Virus record (IMG/VR): IMGVR_UViG_3300030397_000037 | Coordinates: 1-43,290 of that record | From: a virus | Taxonomy: Duplodnaviria > Caudoviricetes | Length of the DNA stretch: 43,290 nt | Direction: 5' to 3' (one strand) | Shown here: positions 25,392 through 34,812 of the stretch, piece after piece | Layout of the letters: every line of letters starts with the position of its first letter | Position numbering within the stretch: position 1 is the stretch's first letter | The notes under the pieces: model-generated | Databases searched by the model: none | Told to the model about the DNA's origin: nothing | What the model saw: the letters and a program-made list of their open reading frames with translations, nothing else | Program-made: the position numbers and the translations under genes

Positions 25392-28081
25392 TATGTTCTC
25401 CGAGCTACTTGATAATTGTCGCGCATAGCTCGCGCAACGGTACCTTGGTTGGAGCTGAGGCTATCGGCCACAAGATCAACGGCTTGTTCGACCGCTCGGC
25501 TCATGGTGACTTGGAACTCATCACGACTAACCATCTCGACCTGCGCTTCTGCTTCGACTCCGGTATTGTTAATTATATTAACAACTGGTGCGGATCGTCC
25601 AGTGCTACCAGCTTTTTCAAGATCATTGTTCGAGGTTACGCGCATACCATCTTGGCCAGGAATTAGGAACTGTTCCCCTGCCGCATTGGTCAATAGCTCA
25701 GAAGCACCATTCTCGTTAACGGGAATCAAATTATTACGAACCATAGCACCACCCGACTGACGACCTTGGCCGTAATTCGTAGGCGAGACTGCTACTGCCG
25801 CTGCCACTTGAGCCGCGCCCGAGATTGCAGCCGCTACACCCATAGGAGTAGTTAGACCACCTTGCGCTGTCACGTTCTCGATAGTACCAAGCACGATGTT
25901 CGCAATCTTAAATGCACGAGCCGCTAGCCAAGCAGCTTTTTCCATTTTAGTTTGCTTAGCCGCCTGTTCTTCCGCATCCGCAATTAGCTTTTTCTTCTGC
26001 TCCTCGGACAAGTCTTTGCGAGCATTGATCTGCTGCTTAACTGCGGCCAATTCGCGTTGACGGTTGTTGCGAGTGATACTTGCAATCGCGTTCAAGCCGC
26101 CCATGACCGAGCCTTCGATCTGCGATAGAGTTTCTTGCCATAAAGCGATCTTCTCCATCATGGCTTCTCGGTCTTGCTCGGCTAAAGCCTCGTTGAGCTC
26201 TTGGTTAATACGCTTGACTTCTTCAGCGTAAGTATCTTCAAGGTACTCAAGGTGGGTTTCTAAAGTCTCGCGTTGAGCCTCGGTCAAGTTATCGCCAGCT
26301 AGCAAGTCTTTAATTTCTTGCATCGCAGGGTTGATAACCGACTTCATGTCATCCATTGCCGCTGACCATTCAGCAATCAAGGCTGCGCCACCTTCTGCTG
26401 TATCCATGTGCATCTGTAATACTGCGTCACGGTTCTTAGTCACGACTTCATCGATTGCATCCGATACTGCCTCAACTGCGGACTCGTCCACATTAGCCGA
26501 AGACCCAGATCCCAACGTGCGAGAAATATCCGAACCTTCACGGTTAGCTTGTGCAGCTGCGCGAGCTTTGCGGCGTGCTTCCAACTCTTCTTTATACTTG
26601 GCGATCCGTTCGTCAGATGCCTTGTTAAAGTTTTCGTTGATCTCATTGTTGTCATCGATCATGGAAGTTACGATGTCACGAGACATAGTCTTATGAGCTT
26701 CGTTCTCTTCCCAAAGCTTAGCCACTTTAGCATCGATGCCGTCAATAGTTTTCTGACGAGCTTCTTGCTCTGCCTTCAGATTATTTTCCATCTGAACCGC
26801 ACTATCCGAAACCGCTAGCATTGAATCCGCCATGGCCTGAATACTTTCGGCAGTTTCGTCCGCGCCAATCGCATCCATTGCCCCAGCAATATCAACTAGC
26901 ATAGACGCCACTTGTTTCTGAACTGCGTTAATTGCCGAAGTGAAGCGGATACGAAATACCGCTGCCGCATCGGTTAATGCGCCTTTCATTTTTGCGGTAA
27001 ACTCTTCAACGCGCAAGCCAGCAACTTTCATACCGGTCTTGATCGTATTGAAAAGGATATCCGCCTCGCCAATAGCAATCGCAAAAATGGATCGCAAGTT
27101 GGCAGGTAACTCAAGAACCTTCTCGATAATGAACCCAATGATATTGCTAATGGTATCCAATACCGATTGCATGTGCGATGCCTCGACACCGGCTTCCTCG
27201 AAACCGCCAATCATGAAATCGACTCGGTCTGCAATATCTTGGAATAGGTTTGCTATCTCAAGAATCACAATTTGGATATCGCCATCGAGTAAGTCGGCTA
27301 GCCCGTCCATAGCACCCACGATTCCATCGGTGATACCTAGGATATCATCAAGGTCAGCAGCGGCAATACCTAAAGACGTTTGCAATGAGGTAGCAGCCTG
27401 ATCCATCTGGCGACCCATCTGGCCAAACTGTTCGTTGACTTTGTCGGTTTGCTTGAGCAAGGCCTCGAACACGTCTTTAGAAAGCAACTCGCCATCGAGC
27501 ATCATTTGGCGCAACTCGGCTTGGGACTTACCCATACCTGCGGCAATCTCGGCCATAATGGCTGGAGTGTTTTCTAAGATCGAGTTAAATTCTTCCGCTC
27601 GGATTACGCCACCCGCCATACCTTGACTGAACTGTAATAATGAATTAGACATCTGGTCAGCGGTAGCGCCCGAGATAGTGCCGAGCTTACTAATGTTTTC
27701 CACAAGCAAGGTCACTTGGTCGGTGGTAGCGCCAACCGATTCTTTTGACCGTTCGATACTTTGGAAAGTGGTTACTAGCGCGCTCATTTCAGAACCGGTC
27801 TCTTTAGAGATGCGAATCAAATCTGATTGGACTTGTACGAACTCTTCCGCGGAGTCGGTCGCTAGTTTGATGCGGGCATTTAGTTTTTGAAAGTTGTCCG
27901 CCATCATAAGGACTCGGCGAGCTGACTCAACAGCCAGCACGCCTGAGATGGCAGGACCAAGGGATCGCAAAGCGGCGGTTACACCGCGCACTTCGGACTT
28001 GACTTTTTTAGTAGATCGTTCTAGGTCTCGGGTATCCCCGCCAAAACGAACTACTAGTGAACCAAGGGATAAAGCCATCAC
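25391..28081 (-). CDS. Tape measure protein
   Basis: 896 aa helical; QFSQGMAGGVIRAEEFNSILENTP tape-measure motif; C-terminal GRQSGG...VNENGASE. Confidence 0.95.
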   Translation of the reverse strand: MMALSLGSLVVRFGGDTRDLERSTKKVKSEVRGVTAALRSLGPAISGVLAVESARRVLMMADNFQKLNARIKLATDSAEEFVQVQSDLIRISKETGSEMSALVTTFQSIERSKESVGATTDQVTLLVENISKLGTISGATADQMSNSLLQFSQGMAGGVIRAEEFNSILENTPAIMAEIAAGMGKSQAELRQMMLDGELLSKDVFEALLKQTDKVNEQFGQMGRQMDQAATSLQTSLGIAAADLDDILGITDGIVGAMDGLADLLDGDIQIVILEIANLFQDIADRVDFMIGGFEEAGVEASHMQSVLDTISNIIGFIIEKVLELPANLRSIFAIAIGEADILFNTIKTGMKVAGLRVEEFTAKMKGALTDAAAVFRIRFTSAINAVQKQVASMLVDIAGAMDAIGADETAESIQAMADSMLAVSDSAVQMENNLKAEQEARQKTIDGIDAKVAKLWEENEAHKTMSRDIVTSMIDDNNEINENFNKASDERIAKYKEELEARRKARAAAQANREGSDISRTLGSGSSANVDESAVEAVSDAIDEVVTKNRDAVLQMHMDTAEGGAALIAEWSAAMDDMKSVINPAMQEIKDLLAGDNLTEAQRETLETHLEYLEDTYAEEVKRINQELNEALAEQDREAMMEKIALWQETLSQIEGSVMGGLNAIASITRNNRQRELAAVKQQINARKDLSEEQKKKLIADAEEQAAKQTKMEKAAWLAARAFKIANIVLGTIENVTAQGGLTTPMGVAAAISGAAQVAAAVAVSPTNYGQGRQSGGAMVRNNLIPVNENGASELLTNAAGEQFLIPGQDGMRVTSNNDLEKAGSTGRSAPVVNIINNTGVEAEAQVEMVSRDEFQVTMSRAVEQAVDLVADSLSSNQGTVARAMRDNYQVARRT

Positions 28082-28700
28082 TAAGCCTCTTGTAGTTCTG
28101 CTTTTCTTTTTCTCTGTTCCATGACCCTAGCTTCTAGGTCGTTTAACCACTCCCGTTTCTGTTCGGCTTCTGCCTTTTGGTCTTCAGGGTGGACACCGTG
28201 CCGCCTCATCCAGCTATCTTTAACGCTAAGAAAGCCGTACATGCTGAGATCCCAGAAGTCAGAAAAAGATATACCCATGGATAGGGCTGCTTCCAAGAAT
28301 CGAGAGACGTCAAACCTTTTGCCTTTAGCATTAGGTACACTATCACTTTTGGCTGGAACAGAAACTGCTTTTTTGCGGCACCATAGAAAGCTAGATCAAT
28401 CATGGTCATGCAAAGAGCCCAAGATTCTTGCATACCGTTAACCGTAGCGACATACGCGGCCTCAGCTTCTAAATCTTGTGGATCAATTTCTTTACCGTTC
28501 TTCAACTTCAATGCGCATTTAATTACGTCACGAATCATTGAAGGTTGGACATGGCCAGCCCCTAGACGATCTAGGAGCGCAGCCAAGTCTGGGTAACCGG
28601 AATCCTCAAGTGCCTGAGTGAAGGCGAAGTCGCACTTGACAAGGTATTTGTCCTTACCAACTACGACAACTTCTTCTCCTGTGAATCGGTTATTTTTCAT
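28081..28700 (-). CDS. Tail assembly chaperone G-T, produced by -1 frameshift (about 206 aa)
   Basis: A-AAA-AAG at 28374-28368; the -1 frame is open into ORF 28081..28296 (GISFSDFWDLS). Confidence 0.8.
28206..28700 (-). CDS. Tail assembly chaperone G (zero-frame product)
   Basis: 164-aa ORF between tail tube and tape measure. Confidence 0.8.
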   Translation of the reverse strand: MKNNRFTGEEVVVVGKDKYLVKCDFAFTQALEDSGYPDLAALLDRLGAGHVQPSMIRDVIKCALKLKNGKEIDPQDLEAEAAYVATVNGMQESWALCMTMIDLAFYGAAKKQFLFQPKVIVYLMLKAKGLTSLDSWKQPYPWVYLFLTSGISACTAFLALKIAG

Positions 28701-28707
28701 AAGTCAC

Positions 28708-29160
28708 CTATGGCGATACGGTTGGCGGAGTCACAGTCACTAGGATATCTTCCGCTGACTGGATGCTCATCTCAAAGTTAATAAAACCTTGCTGGTCCGC
28801 AGATTCTGAGATCGATACGATCACAAAACGACCTTCCAGTTCCATACCAACACCGTCTTCAAATTTCAAGAAGTCAGTACGGTCACCTGAAGTGGCTTTA
28901 TCCAGTAGTTCATAAAAGGTAGCGGTATTCGTTTCTTTACGCGTATCCACAACGCCAGAAACTGAGCCATTGACCGCCGAGTAACCAGTCCAGCAGTTTT
29001 CGGTATAGTCACCGGCTGTCGCTGAGTTGGTGTTATCGGCCACGTTGTTATCAATTGTCAAGTTACGAGTTTGGATACCACCAATAGCTAAAAGAGTAGT
29101 ACCATCATCGTCTGAACGCGATACTAGAAACTCGCGACCTTGAATGTTATTGCTAGACAT
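28708..29160 (-). CDS. Major tail tube protein
   Basis: IQGREFLV...IGGIQTRNLTI...SVSGV...GRFVIVSISES...FEMSIQS pattern of TP901-1/GTA-like tube proteins. Confidence 0.85.
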   Translation of the reverse strand: MSSNNIQGREFLVSRSDDDGTTLLAIGGIQTRNLTIDNNVADNTNSATAGDYTENCWTGYSAVNGSVSGVVDTRKETNTATFYELLDKATSGDRTDFLKFEDGVGMELEGRFVIVSISESADQQGFINFEMSIQSAEDILVTVTPPTVSP

Positions 29161-29165
29161 TTTGT

Positions 29166-29573
29166 CTACCTCGCTGCTGAGAAATTAGTCGAAATTAGTG
29201 GTCGGCCTTCATCATCACGACCTAAAATGGTCGGATCAGTTAGCAAGAAGACTTGCACATATCGGTTATTGTTTACAGTGAACGATGCGGAGTTAACTAA
29301 GAACTCGCACACCGCATAAACTCGCTGAGACATATCCTTATGTCCCTCGTCCTTTGACCCGCGGAAAAGAATCTGGAAAGTATTCATTCTCGCGGACTCA
29401 GGTACTTCAGAAGCGAACCCACCATTATCCCTAATTAGTATCTGCTTATCTTGGCCGCTTTTCCACTCGAAACATTGGGAGTCCCCTATATTTAAGATCC
29501 CGTTATCTACGAGATAGTCTTGGATATCATCGCAGACAAAGTTGGTCGGCCATTCGTAGGTTTGTACTGGCAT
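29166..29573 (-). CDS. Tail terminator / minor capsid protein
   Basis: DNGG, FQILFRG, LGRDDEGRPLISTNF; synteny. Confidence 0.75.
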   Translation of the reverse strand: MPVQTYEWPTNFVCDDIQDYLVDNGILNIGDSQCFEWKSGQDKQILIRDNGGFASEVPESARMNTFQILFRGSKDEGHKDMSQRVYAVCEFLVNSASFTVNNNRYVQVFLLTDPTILGRDDEGRPLISTNFSAAR

Positions 29574-29986
29574 TATGCACCCCTCTTGTTAAATGGGTTA
29601 TTCAAATCTTCCCTAGCCTGATCTCGAATAGCTTTCAAGATGTTTTGCTGTTCACGCTGCAATGTTTTCAATAGCCATTGGCTTTCTGCTTGAGGCTTTT
29701 GGAAGTTGGTGCTATCTGGCATTTCGTGAACGTAGGCTGCATACTCTTTTTTATAACCGAAAATTACGCTTGTCATACCATCGATGGTTGGTTCAGTTTC
29801 GGCGAATGCGGAGCCAGCTAGGAAGCCGGTATTACGTGGAACGGTATCTTCAGCTTTCTCTAAAGTATACCAAGCACCGGCTAATAGTGCGGCAGGGGAT
29901 TTAAGCTTCATGCGCTTAAGAACTTGTTCGATATTCTGGACTACTTCTTTTTCGCCCAGAATTTCGACATAATCCTTCTTGGCCAT
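29573..29986 (-). CDS. Neck / tail-completion protein (HK97 gp10-like)
   Basis: VPRNTGFLAGS, YAAYVHE. Confidence 0.8.
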   Translation of the reverse strand: MAKKDYVEILGEKEVVQNIEQVLKRMKLKSPAALLAGAWYTLEKAEDTVPRNTGFLAGSAFAETEPTIDGMTSVIFGYKKEYAAYVHEMPDSTNFQKPQAESQWLLKTLQREQQNILKAIRDQAREDLNNPFNKRGA

Positions 29987-30300
29987 TAGTAGACGGCCTT
30001 TGCTTCGTCCGGAAAGAAATCTGACTTAACTACGTTCTTGACTTCTACGGAACTTTCTGGAGGATTCTGCACTCCGGTAAAATCGCCAAGGGCAATATAG
30101 TGGCCTAAAGCGATGTCCCAATAAGAGGTATAGAGTACTTTATTAGTTTGATAAGTCGCACCCTCATCATTACGGAAGATCTGGACTTTATCATATTCAC
30201 GAGCTGGGAATACTCCAAGGTTAGTAAAGGTACGTTGCCCTTTAGCATTAACCTCAAATTCCCAGATGGTGACTTCTTGCGTGTAATCTGTTACGGCCAT
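29986..30300 (-). CDS. Head closure protein
   Basis: Size and synteny between adaptor and neck genes. Confidence 0.65.
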   Translation of the reverse strand: MAVTDYTQEVTIWEFEVNAKGQRTFTNLGVFPAREYDKVQIFRNDEGATYQTNKVLYTSYWDIALGHYIALGDFTGVQNPPESSVEVKNVVKSDFFPDEAKAVY

Positions 30301-30680
30301 TAGAAACGATCCACTGTGGTATTACGCAATTGCAATTCTACCAAGCATCCACAAGACAGGTTATCAGCCGTTTGGCCGTAACGAGTCGACAGAATGCCTT
30401 CGCCTGAAGATTGGGCAATCGCATATTTCTTCATGGAACCCTCAAACTTAACTTCGGTAGCGCCAGCAGCATTTGGATCTGCTACAGTAGCATAATGCGC
30501 TGCTAACCAAGTCTCGATTTGAGTCAAAGTCTCGTCCGATAACGAGGAACCGCAGTCGCTCTCCGCTAGCTTGTTCACCATAGTATTAGCCGCAGAGATC
30601 ATCGCATCCAAGGTGGCATCAGGCATTGACTCCAAGGACGGGTTGACGGTGCGTACTTCTTCTTTAGTTGTTCTTGCCAT
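30300..30680 (-). CDS. Head-tail adaptor
   Basis: IETWLAAHY, LSTRYGQ. Confidence 0.75.
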   Translation of the reverse strand: MARTTKEEVRTVNPSLESMPDATLDAMISAANTMVNKLAESDCGSSLSDETLTQIETWLAAHYATVADPNAAGATEVKFEGSMKKYAIAQSSGEGILSTRYGQTADNLSCGCLVELQLRNTTVDRF

Positions 30681-30696
30681 GCGGAGAGCTCCTTAT

Positions 30697-31011
30697 TTAC
30701 TTCTTAGCTGGCGCTGCTGGTGCTGCTGGAGCGGCAGGTGCTGGAGTCGCTTTAGCCGCAAGGTCAGCTTCAAGCTTCTTTACCTGTTCTTTCAACGCTG
30801 CATTTTCTTCTTCCAACTTAGCGATGCGCGGATCTTCTTTGCTAGTTACTAAGTTTTCTTCTAAGTCCAATTTACCAGTATAGAAACCAGTTTCAAACTT
30901 AGCTTTAGGAACTTCTACTTTTGCGCCTTTCTTAAAGTGTTCATCACGGAAAGTGAAACCCGAGTTTGCAATTACGACTGCAACTACTGTTGCTACTTTT
31001 GCTTCAGACAT
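30697..31011 (-). CDS. Hypothetical virion-module protein with coiled coil and Ala/Pro tail
   Basis: 104 aa, directly after the major capsid gene. Confidence 0.7.
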   Translation of the reverse strand: MSEAKVATVVAVVIANSGFTFRDEHFKKGAKVEVPKAKFETGFYTGKLDLEENLVTSKEDPRIAKLEEENAALKEQVKKLEADLAAKATPAPAAPAAPAAPAKK

Positions 31012-31038
31012 GATAATTTACCTGATTAAAAACTTGAG

Positions 31039-31065
31039 AAAAATAATGGGGCGCGAGCCCCATTA
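31039..31065 (-). terminator. Intrinsic terminator after the major capsid gene
   Basis: Minus strand TAATGGGGC-TCGC-GCCCCATTA-TTTTT. Confidence 0.85.
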
Positions 31066-31066
31066 G

Positions 31067-32047
31067 TTATACTGTTGTACCGTGGATAATCGCTAAGCGA
31101 TCATTGCGGTCAACTTTAAGTAACGGAGTACCTAATGCGTAAGTCACGAAGTTAGAAGGATCTAACGGATTGGATTTATCGTAAGGAACTGTTGTAATGT
31201 CTTGCGCTTCTACCCACTCAACGGTACGCGCATCCATTTCAACCATTACCACTTCACCATCGTTCAAGTCACGAGATGCTTTAATGCCGCCAACTTCTTT
31301 GATCGCCATTAAACGCTCCATGATTGTACGATCACCTTTCTGCGCAGAATAATCTTCTTGCATAACAGTTTGGTAATCGAATGGAATGTAAAGCATCAAA
31401 GAGTTTTCACGGATGTCTTTAACCTGAGTAACCAACTGGTTAATCATACCTAATACGTCATCAATGATTTGCTCTGGGTTCGCATTCCAGTCTGCAATCG
31501 TGTAAGTTTGGCGTTCTGGGTGAGTCGTGTAACCGTAGATGGTTACTGAGCTGCCGCCTGAAGTTGGAACTACGATGTTCGAGTCACCGCGCATTACCAA
31601 GTTGTCCAACGACTCGCCAACCACACGTACAGAAGCACGTAAAGAGTTAGACGATTTGTAGCCGAATGAACCTTGACGGTAAGGGATAGACCAGCCAGCG
31701 TGTGTGATTGGTAATGGAGTATATACCAAGTCGTAGTCTGTTTGATCGTTGTTAACCGCTGTTGGGTTCATGCTACGTTGAGCAGGACCGAACTCGTTAA
31801 TATCTTCAACACCAACTAGCATATCGCTAATTGACGCAGATGCCACTAAGCCAGCTGCTTTTAAGTCAGCTACCAAAGTTAAAGAGTTCTGACGTACTTG
31901 AGTCAAGTCGGCCATAATCTTCCTGTGGTCTTCATGGCGTAACGTGCCATTAGCGCGCAATACTTTACCGGTCGGGTCATCCGAGAATGCTTGCTTCCAG
32001 TGGCCGTTTGCGTTTTGGACCATACGGTATAGTTCTTGTTGGTTCAT
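31067..32047 (-). CDS. Major capsid protein (HK97 fold, encapsulin/linocin-like group)
   Basis: 326 aa; NGTLRHED, LVADLKAAGL, PLPITH, IYGYTTHP; follows protease and decoration genes and precedes a terminator. Confidence 0.85.
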   Translation of the reverse strand: MNQQELYRMVQNANGHWKQAFSDDPTGKVLRANGTLRHEDHRKIMADLTQVRQNSLTLVADLKAAGLVASASISDMLVGVEDINEFGPAQRSMNPTAVNNDQTDYDLVYTPLPITHAGWSIPYRQGSFGYKSSNSLRASVRVVGESLDNLVMRGDSNIVVPTSGGSSVTIYGYTTHPERQTYTIADWNANPEQIIDDVLGMINQLVTQVKDIRENSLMLYIPFDYQTVMQEDYSAQKGDRTIMERLMAIKEVGGIKASRDLNDGEVVMVEMDARTVEWVEAQDITTVPYDKSNPLDPSNFVTYALGTPLLKVDRNDRLAIIHGTTV

Positions 32048-32499
32048 TACAAGATCTCCACAACGATACGAACTGGCTCTGAGCCGCTCGTGTTATCTAC
32101 GATTTCAGTTGCACGCGCAACAATTTCTTTGCCCGTTTCACCAGCGATAGGCGTCAAGGTACCGTTACCGGAAGCAGACGCTTTTAAGAAGGTTGACAAA
32201 TCAGTTACGTTACCAGCGCCATTATCCAAGAAAGCGTAAACACGCTCACCTCTTTGGAAAGCACGAGAACGAATAGTCGCACCTACAGGGTAGACATCAT
32301 CGATGCCGCCTGCGTCCGCTACATTCTCAACTGCGAATAACGGTTGGTTGACGCCATCGCCCGCCAATTGGTAGTCGCCGTTATTGCCAACAAGCAATAA
32401 TGAACCTGGCTTGATTTCGGCACCTGCGTTCGCTTCACGATAAATCGGATCTGCTGGCAATGGTGATTGTTCAATGCGGTTGTGATAAGTTGCAGCCAT
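32047..32499 (-). CDS. Capsid decoration / cement protein
   Basis: EANAGAEIKPGSLL, FLKASASGNGTL; between protease and capsid genes. Confidence 0.75.
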   Translation of the reverse strand: MAATYHNRIEQSPLPADPIYREANAGAEIKPGSLLLVGNNGDYQLAGDGVNQPLFAVENVADAGGIDDVYPVGATIRSRAFQRGERVYAFLDNGAGNVTDLSTFLKASASGNGTLTPIAGETGKEIVARATEIVDNTSGSEPVRIVVEIL

Positions 32500-32510
32500 T
32501 GTCTGACCCC

Positions 32511-33776
32511 TTATGCTTTGTCTGCGAAAGCAGATGGATCGGTGTAATCAATCGCTGTGCTTTCAGTGTTATGTTGATGAACTGTGCCATCTTCGCCTTG
32601 CTTGCCTGCGCCAGCGCCAACGATAGAATGATCAGTTTCGCCTTGTTGCTTATTAGCAAGCATCTCAGTCATCTTGGCTAACATAGGCTCGCCCATAGCG
32701 TCCACTTCTTCCTGAATTAACTCTGAATTGGCAACTAAGTTGTCACGAAGTTCTTTTAACTTAGCTTCGTCCGCTGCTAATAATGCAGAGATCTTAGCTT
32801 TGTTGGTACGGTAAAATTCCAAGTCAGCTTGCGCTGCCTCGTCCTTCTGGTTTACTTGGAAGCCTTTCGCTTCAAGCAATTCGATAGCTGAGTCAATAGT
32901 CAACTCTTTGCTATCTGCAGTTTTCTTAGGATCTGGCATTTCTGCGTCCTCTTGATTGGTTTGAAGTGATTTATCACTATAGGTTACTGATCTCACTACC
33001 GGTTTAGTTTCGGTAGAGCTAAAAGTCGCTACTCCGTTAGAAGTAGAGAACGGTCGTGATACCAATTCACCCGATTCCATTTCTATTATAGCGCGAGAAC
33101 CTGAAAGGTCAATATCGGAAATAAAACCATTTGATCCTTCCGAGCGCATCTCAGAAATTAATTGGCTAAAGGTATTGTTAACCGAGCTGTTGACCATTAT
33201 AACCTGATCTGAGTTATAGGTCAGTTCCGTTCCGAAGTCCGCACCGGCGGCATCTTCGTTTAATAAGATGGCGACATGATCAAACTTATAATCAACGCCA
33301 ACCCATGTGTAGTCGTGACCCGAGATGGAACCATTTGCCGTAAGTTGCTTGAGCATCAAGCCCGTACTTACCCCGACTGGTTCTGAGTTCTCGATTCGGC
33401 GGATCAATTCCAAACCGTCCTCGGTCTTCTCGGCAACTTCTTTATTTAACCAGAACTCGCACGTAACGACTCGGCCACTCTTCTTAGGATTCTTAATGAA
33501 ACCACCGAAGTTGTTAGCATTAATGGCCGCAGGGTCGTATGCAGAAACGTGCTGCCCATCCACAGTAGGATGGCCATTTGGAGCTAGGATATTATCCAGC
33601 TGGTTAAAAGTCGCCTCGACTTGCGAGTCAGGATACAGGCCTTGGTTCATCACGGAGTCACCGACAATTGGAACCATCTCTGTCACGATATGGGTAGCCC
33701 CGTTGAACTCTTCTTCACGGTAGTTAGCCGTCATGGTAGAGTTAACTAGGACTTGCTTAGTTATTTCTTGAGGCAT
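32511..33776 (-). CDS. Head maturation protease / scaffold (DUF2213-like)
   Basis: VMNQGLYP, GHP, VSTG, DHVAILLNEDAA; helical acidic C-terminus. Confidence 0.85.
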   Translation of the reverse strand: MPQEITKQVLVNSTMTANYREEEFNGATHIVTEMVPIVGDSVMNQGLYPDSQVEATFNQLDNILAPNGHPTVDGQHVSAYDPAAINANNFGGFIKNPKKSGRVVTCEFWLNKEVAEKTEDGLELIRRIENSEPVGVSTGLMLKQLTANGSISGHDYTWVGVDYKFDHVAILLNEDAAGADFGTELTYNSDQVIMVNSSVNNTFSQLISEMRSEGSNGFISDIDLSGSRAIIEMESGELVSRPFSTSNGVATFSSTETKPVVRSVTYSDKSLQTNQEDAEMPDPKKTADSKELTIDSAIELLEAKGFQVNQKDEAAQADLEFYRTNKAKISALLAADEAKLKELRDNLVANSELIQEEVDAMGEPMLAKMTEMLANKQQGETDHSIVGAGAGKQGEDGTVHQHNTESTAIDYTDPSAFADKA

Positions 33777-33807
33777 TTTAAAACTCCTAAGTTTTAATTA
33801 GTTTAAA

Positions 33808-34812
33808 TTAATCATCGATAAGTTTCAAACCTTTTTCTCGTGTTCGGGATCTACCTTCTTGGCGCTCTTTATTATCAGTAGCAGGGAAGAATAGTTGCAC
33901 CGCGCAACGACAGTTTGGTTCTCCGATTAAAGGGGCAATGGTCGCTCGGCTTTTATAAACCTTTCGATTCCTTTCGGCGTGACTATGGCGAACTCGGCTA
34001 TCCATAGACGTGATCCATAGATACTGAACTTCGGCACCTGTGGTCTGCTTTATCCACTCGCCTTGGTTAATGTTCGCCAATTGGTGAGCGCGGACGGTTT
34101 CGGTCTGCGCTAAAAGCTTGGAACGAGATACGCCCACCTTGTCAACTCGGTCTAGGATACGAGCAACTAGCTCTCGCTTACCAACACCTTCATCCATACC
34201 ATCTGCAAGCACACGAGCGATCTGCGCACTCATGGCTTCAGTGATACCTTTCAACGCTGCGAAGTCTCGCGCATATAAAAGTTGGACGGCCTCACGGTGG
34301 ATTACCAAACCCAAGGCTCTTTCCACAGAAGGGGACAAAGCCGCCCCTGCCGCCAAGCCGGTTAAGCTTTCCGTAGCCTGAAGGTCTGTGAGCGGCGCCG
34401 TTGATAGCAGCTCTGCCGTAATATTTGCTCCGACTGTGTTTTCCGCGAACTGCAAACCTCTTGCGTAGGCTTCTGTGAGGTATTTGTTTTGCCAGCTGTC
34501 ACTTGGTCCACCTTCTAAGATGATTTCGTCAATACGAGTTTGCAGCCATGCCATAAACTCGACCGCTTTTGACTGGTCATAGGTATACTCATACGTGGCC
34601 AAGTTTCGGATAATCTTCTTTTTAGTAAGAGGATCAAACTCGGCTTTCGCATACTCGACAATCTCTTTAGCTAGACGCCCATAGCGGGCATCTACCTCTC
34701 TTGACCATCGGTCACGAATATCCTGCGTTCTTGTAGGGTCGTCCCGAGTAGGGGAACGAACCCTACTCTTGCGCGTCTTGCTCTGATTGATCTTCAGGAT
34801 CTTCATCGCCAA
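33808..34812 (-). CDS. Head morphogenesis protein (SPP1 gp7 / Mu F family)
   Basis: LLAQTETVRA, WITSMDSRVRHSH, PNCRC. Confidence 0.9.
   Translation of the reverse strand: MAMKILKINQSKTRKSRVRSPTRDDPTRTQDIRDRWSREVDARYGRLAKEIVEYAKAEFDPLTKKKIIRNLATYEYTYDQSKAVEFMAWLQTRIDEIILEGGPSDSWQNKYLTEAYARGLQFAENTVGANITAELLSTAPLTDLQATESLTGLAAGAALSPSVERALGLVIHREAVQLLYARDFAALKGITEAMSAQIARVLADGMDEGVGKRELVARILDRVDKVGVSRSKLLAQTETVRAHQLANINQGEWIKQTTGAEVQYLWITSMDSRVRHSHAERNRKVYKSRATIAPLIGEPNCRCAVQLFFPATDNKERQEGRSRTREKGLKLIDD

Noticed and set aside
25409-28124. Many + strand ORFs within the tape measure gene
   Set aside because: Antisense shadows caused by codon bias; no SD or motifs.
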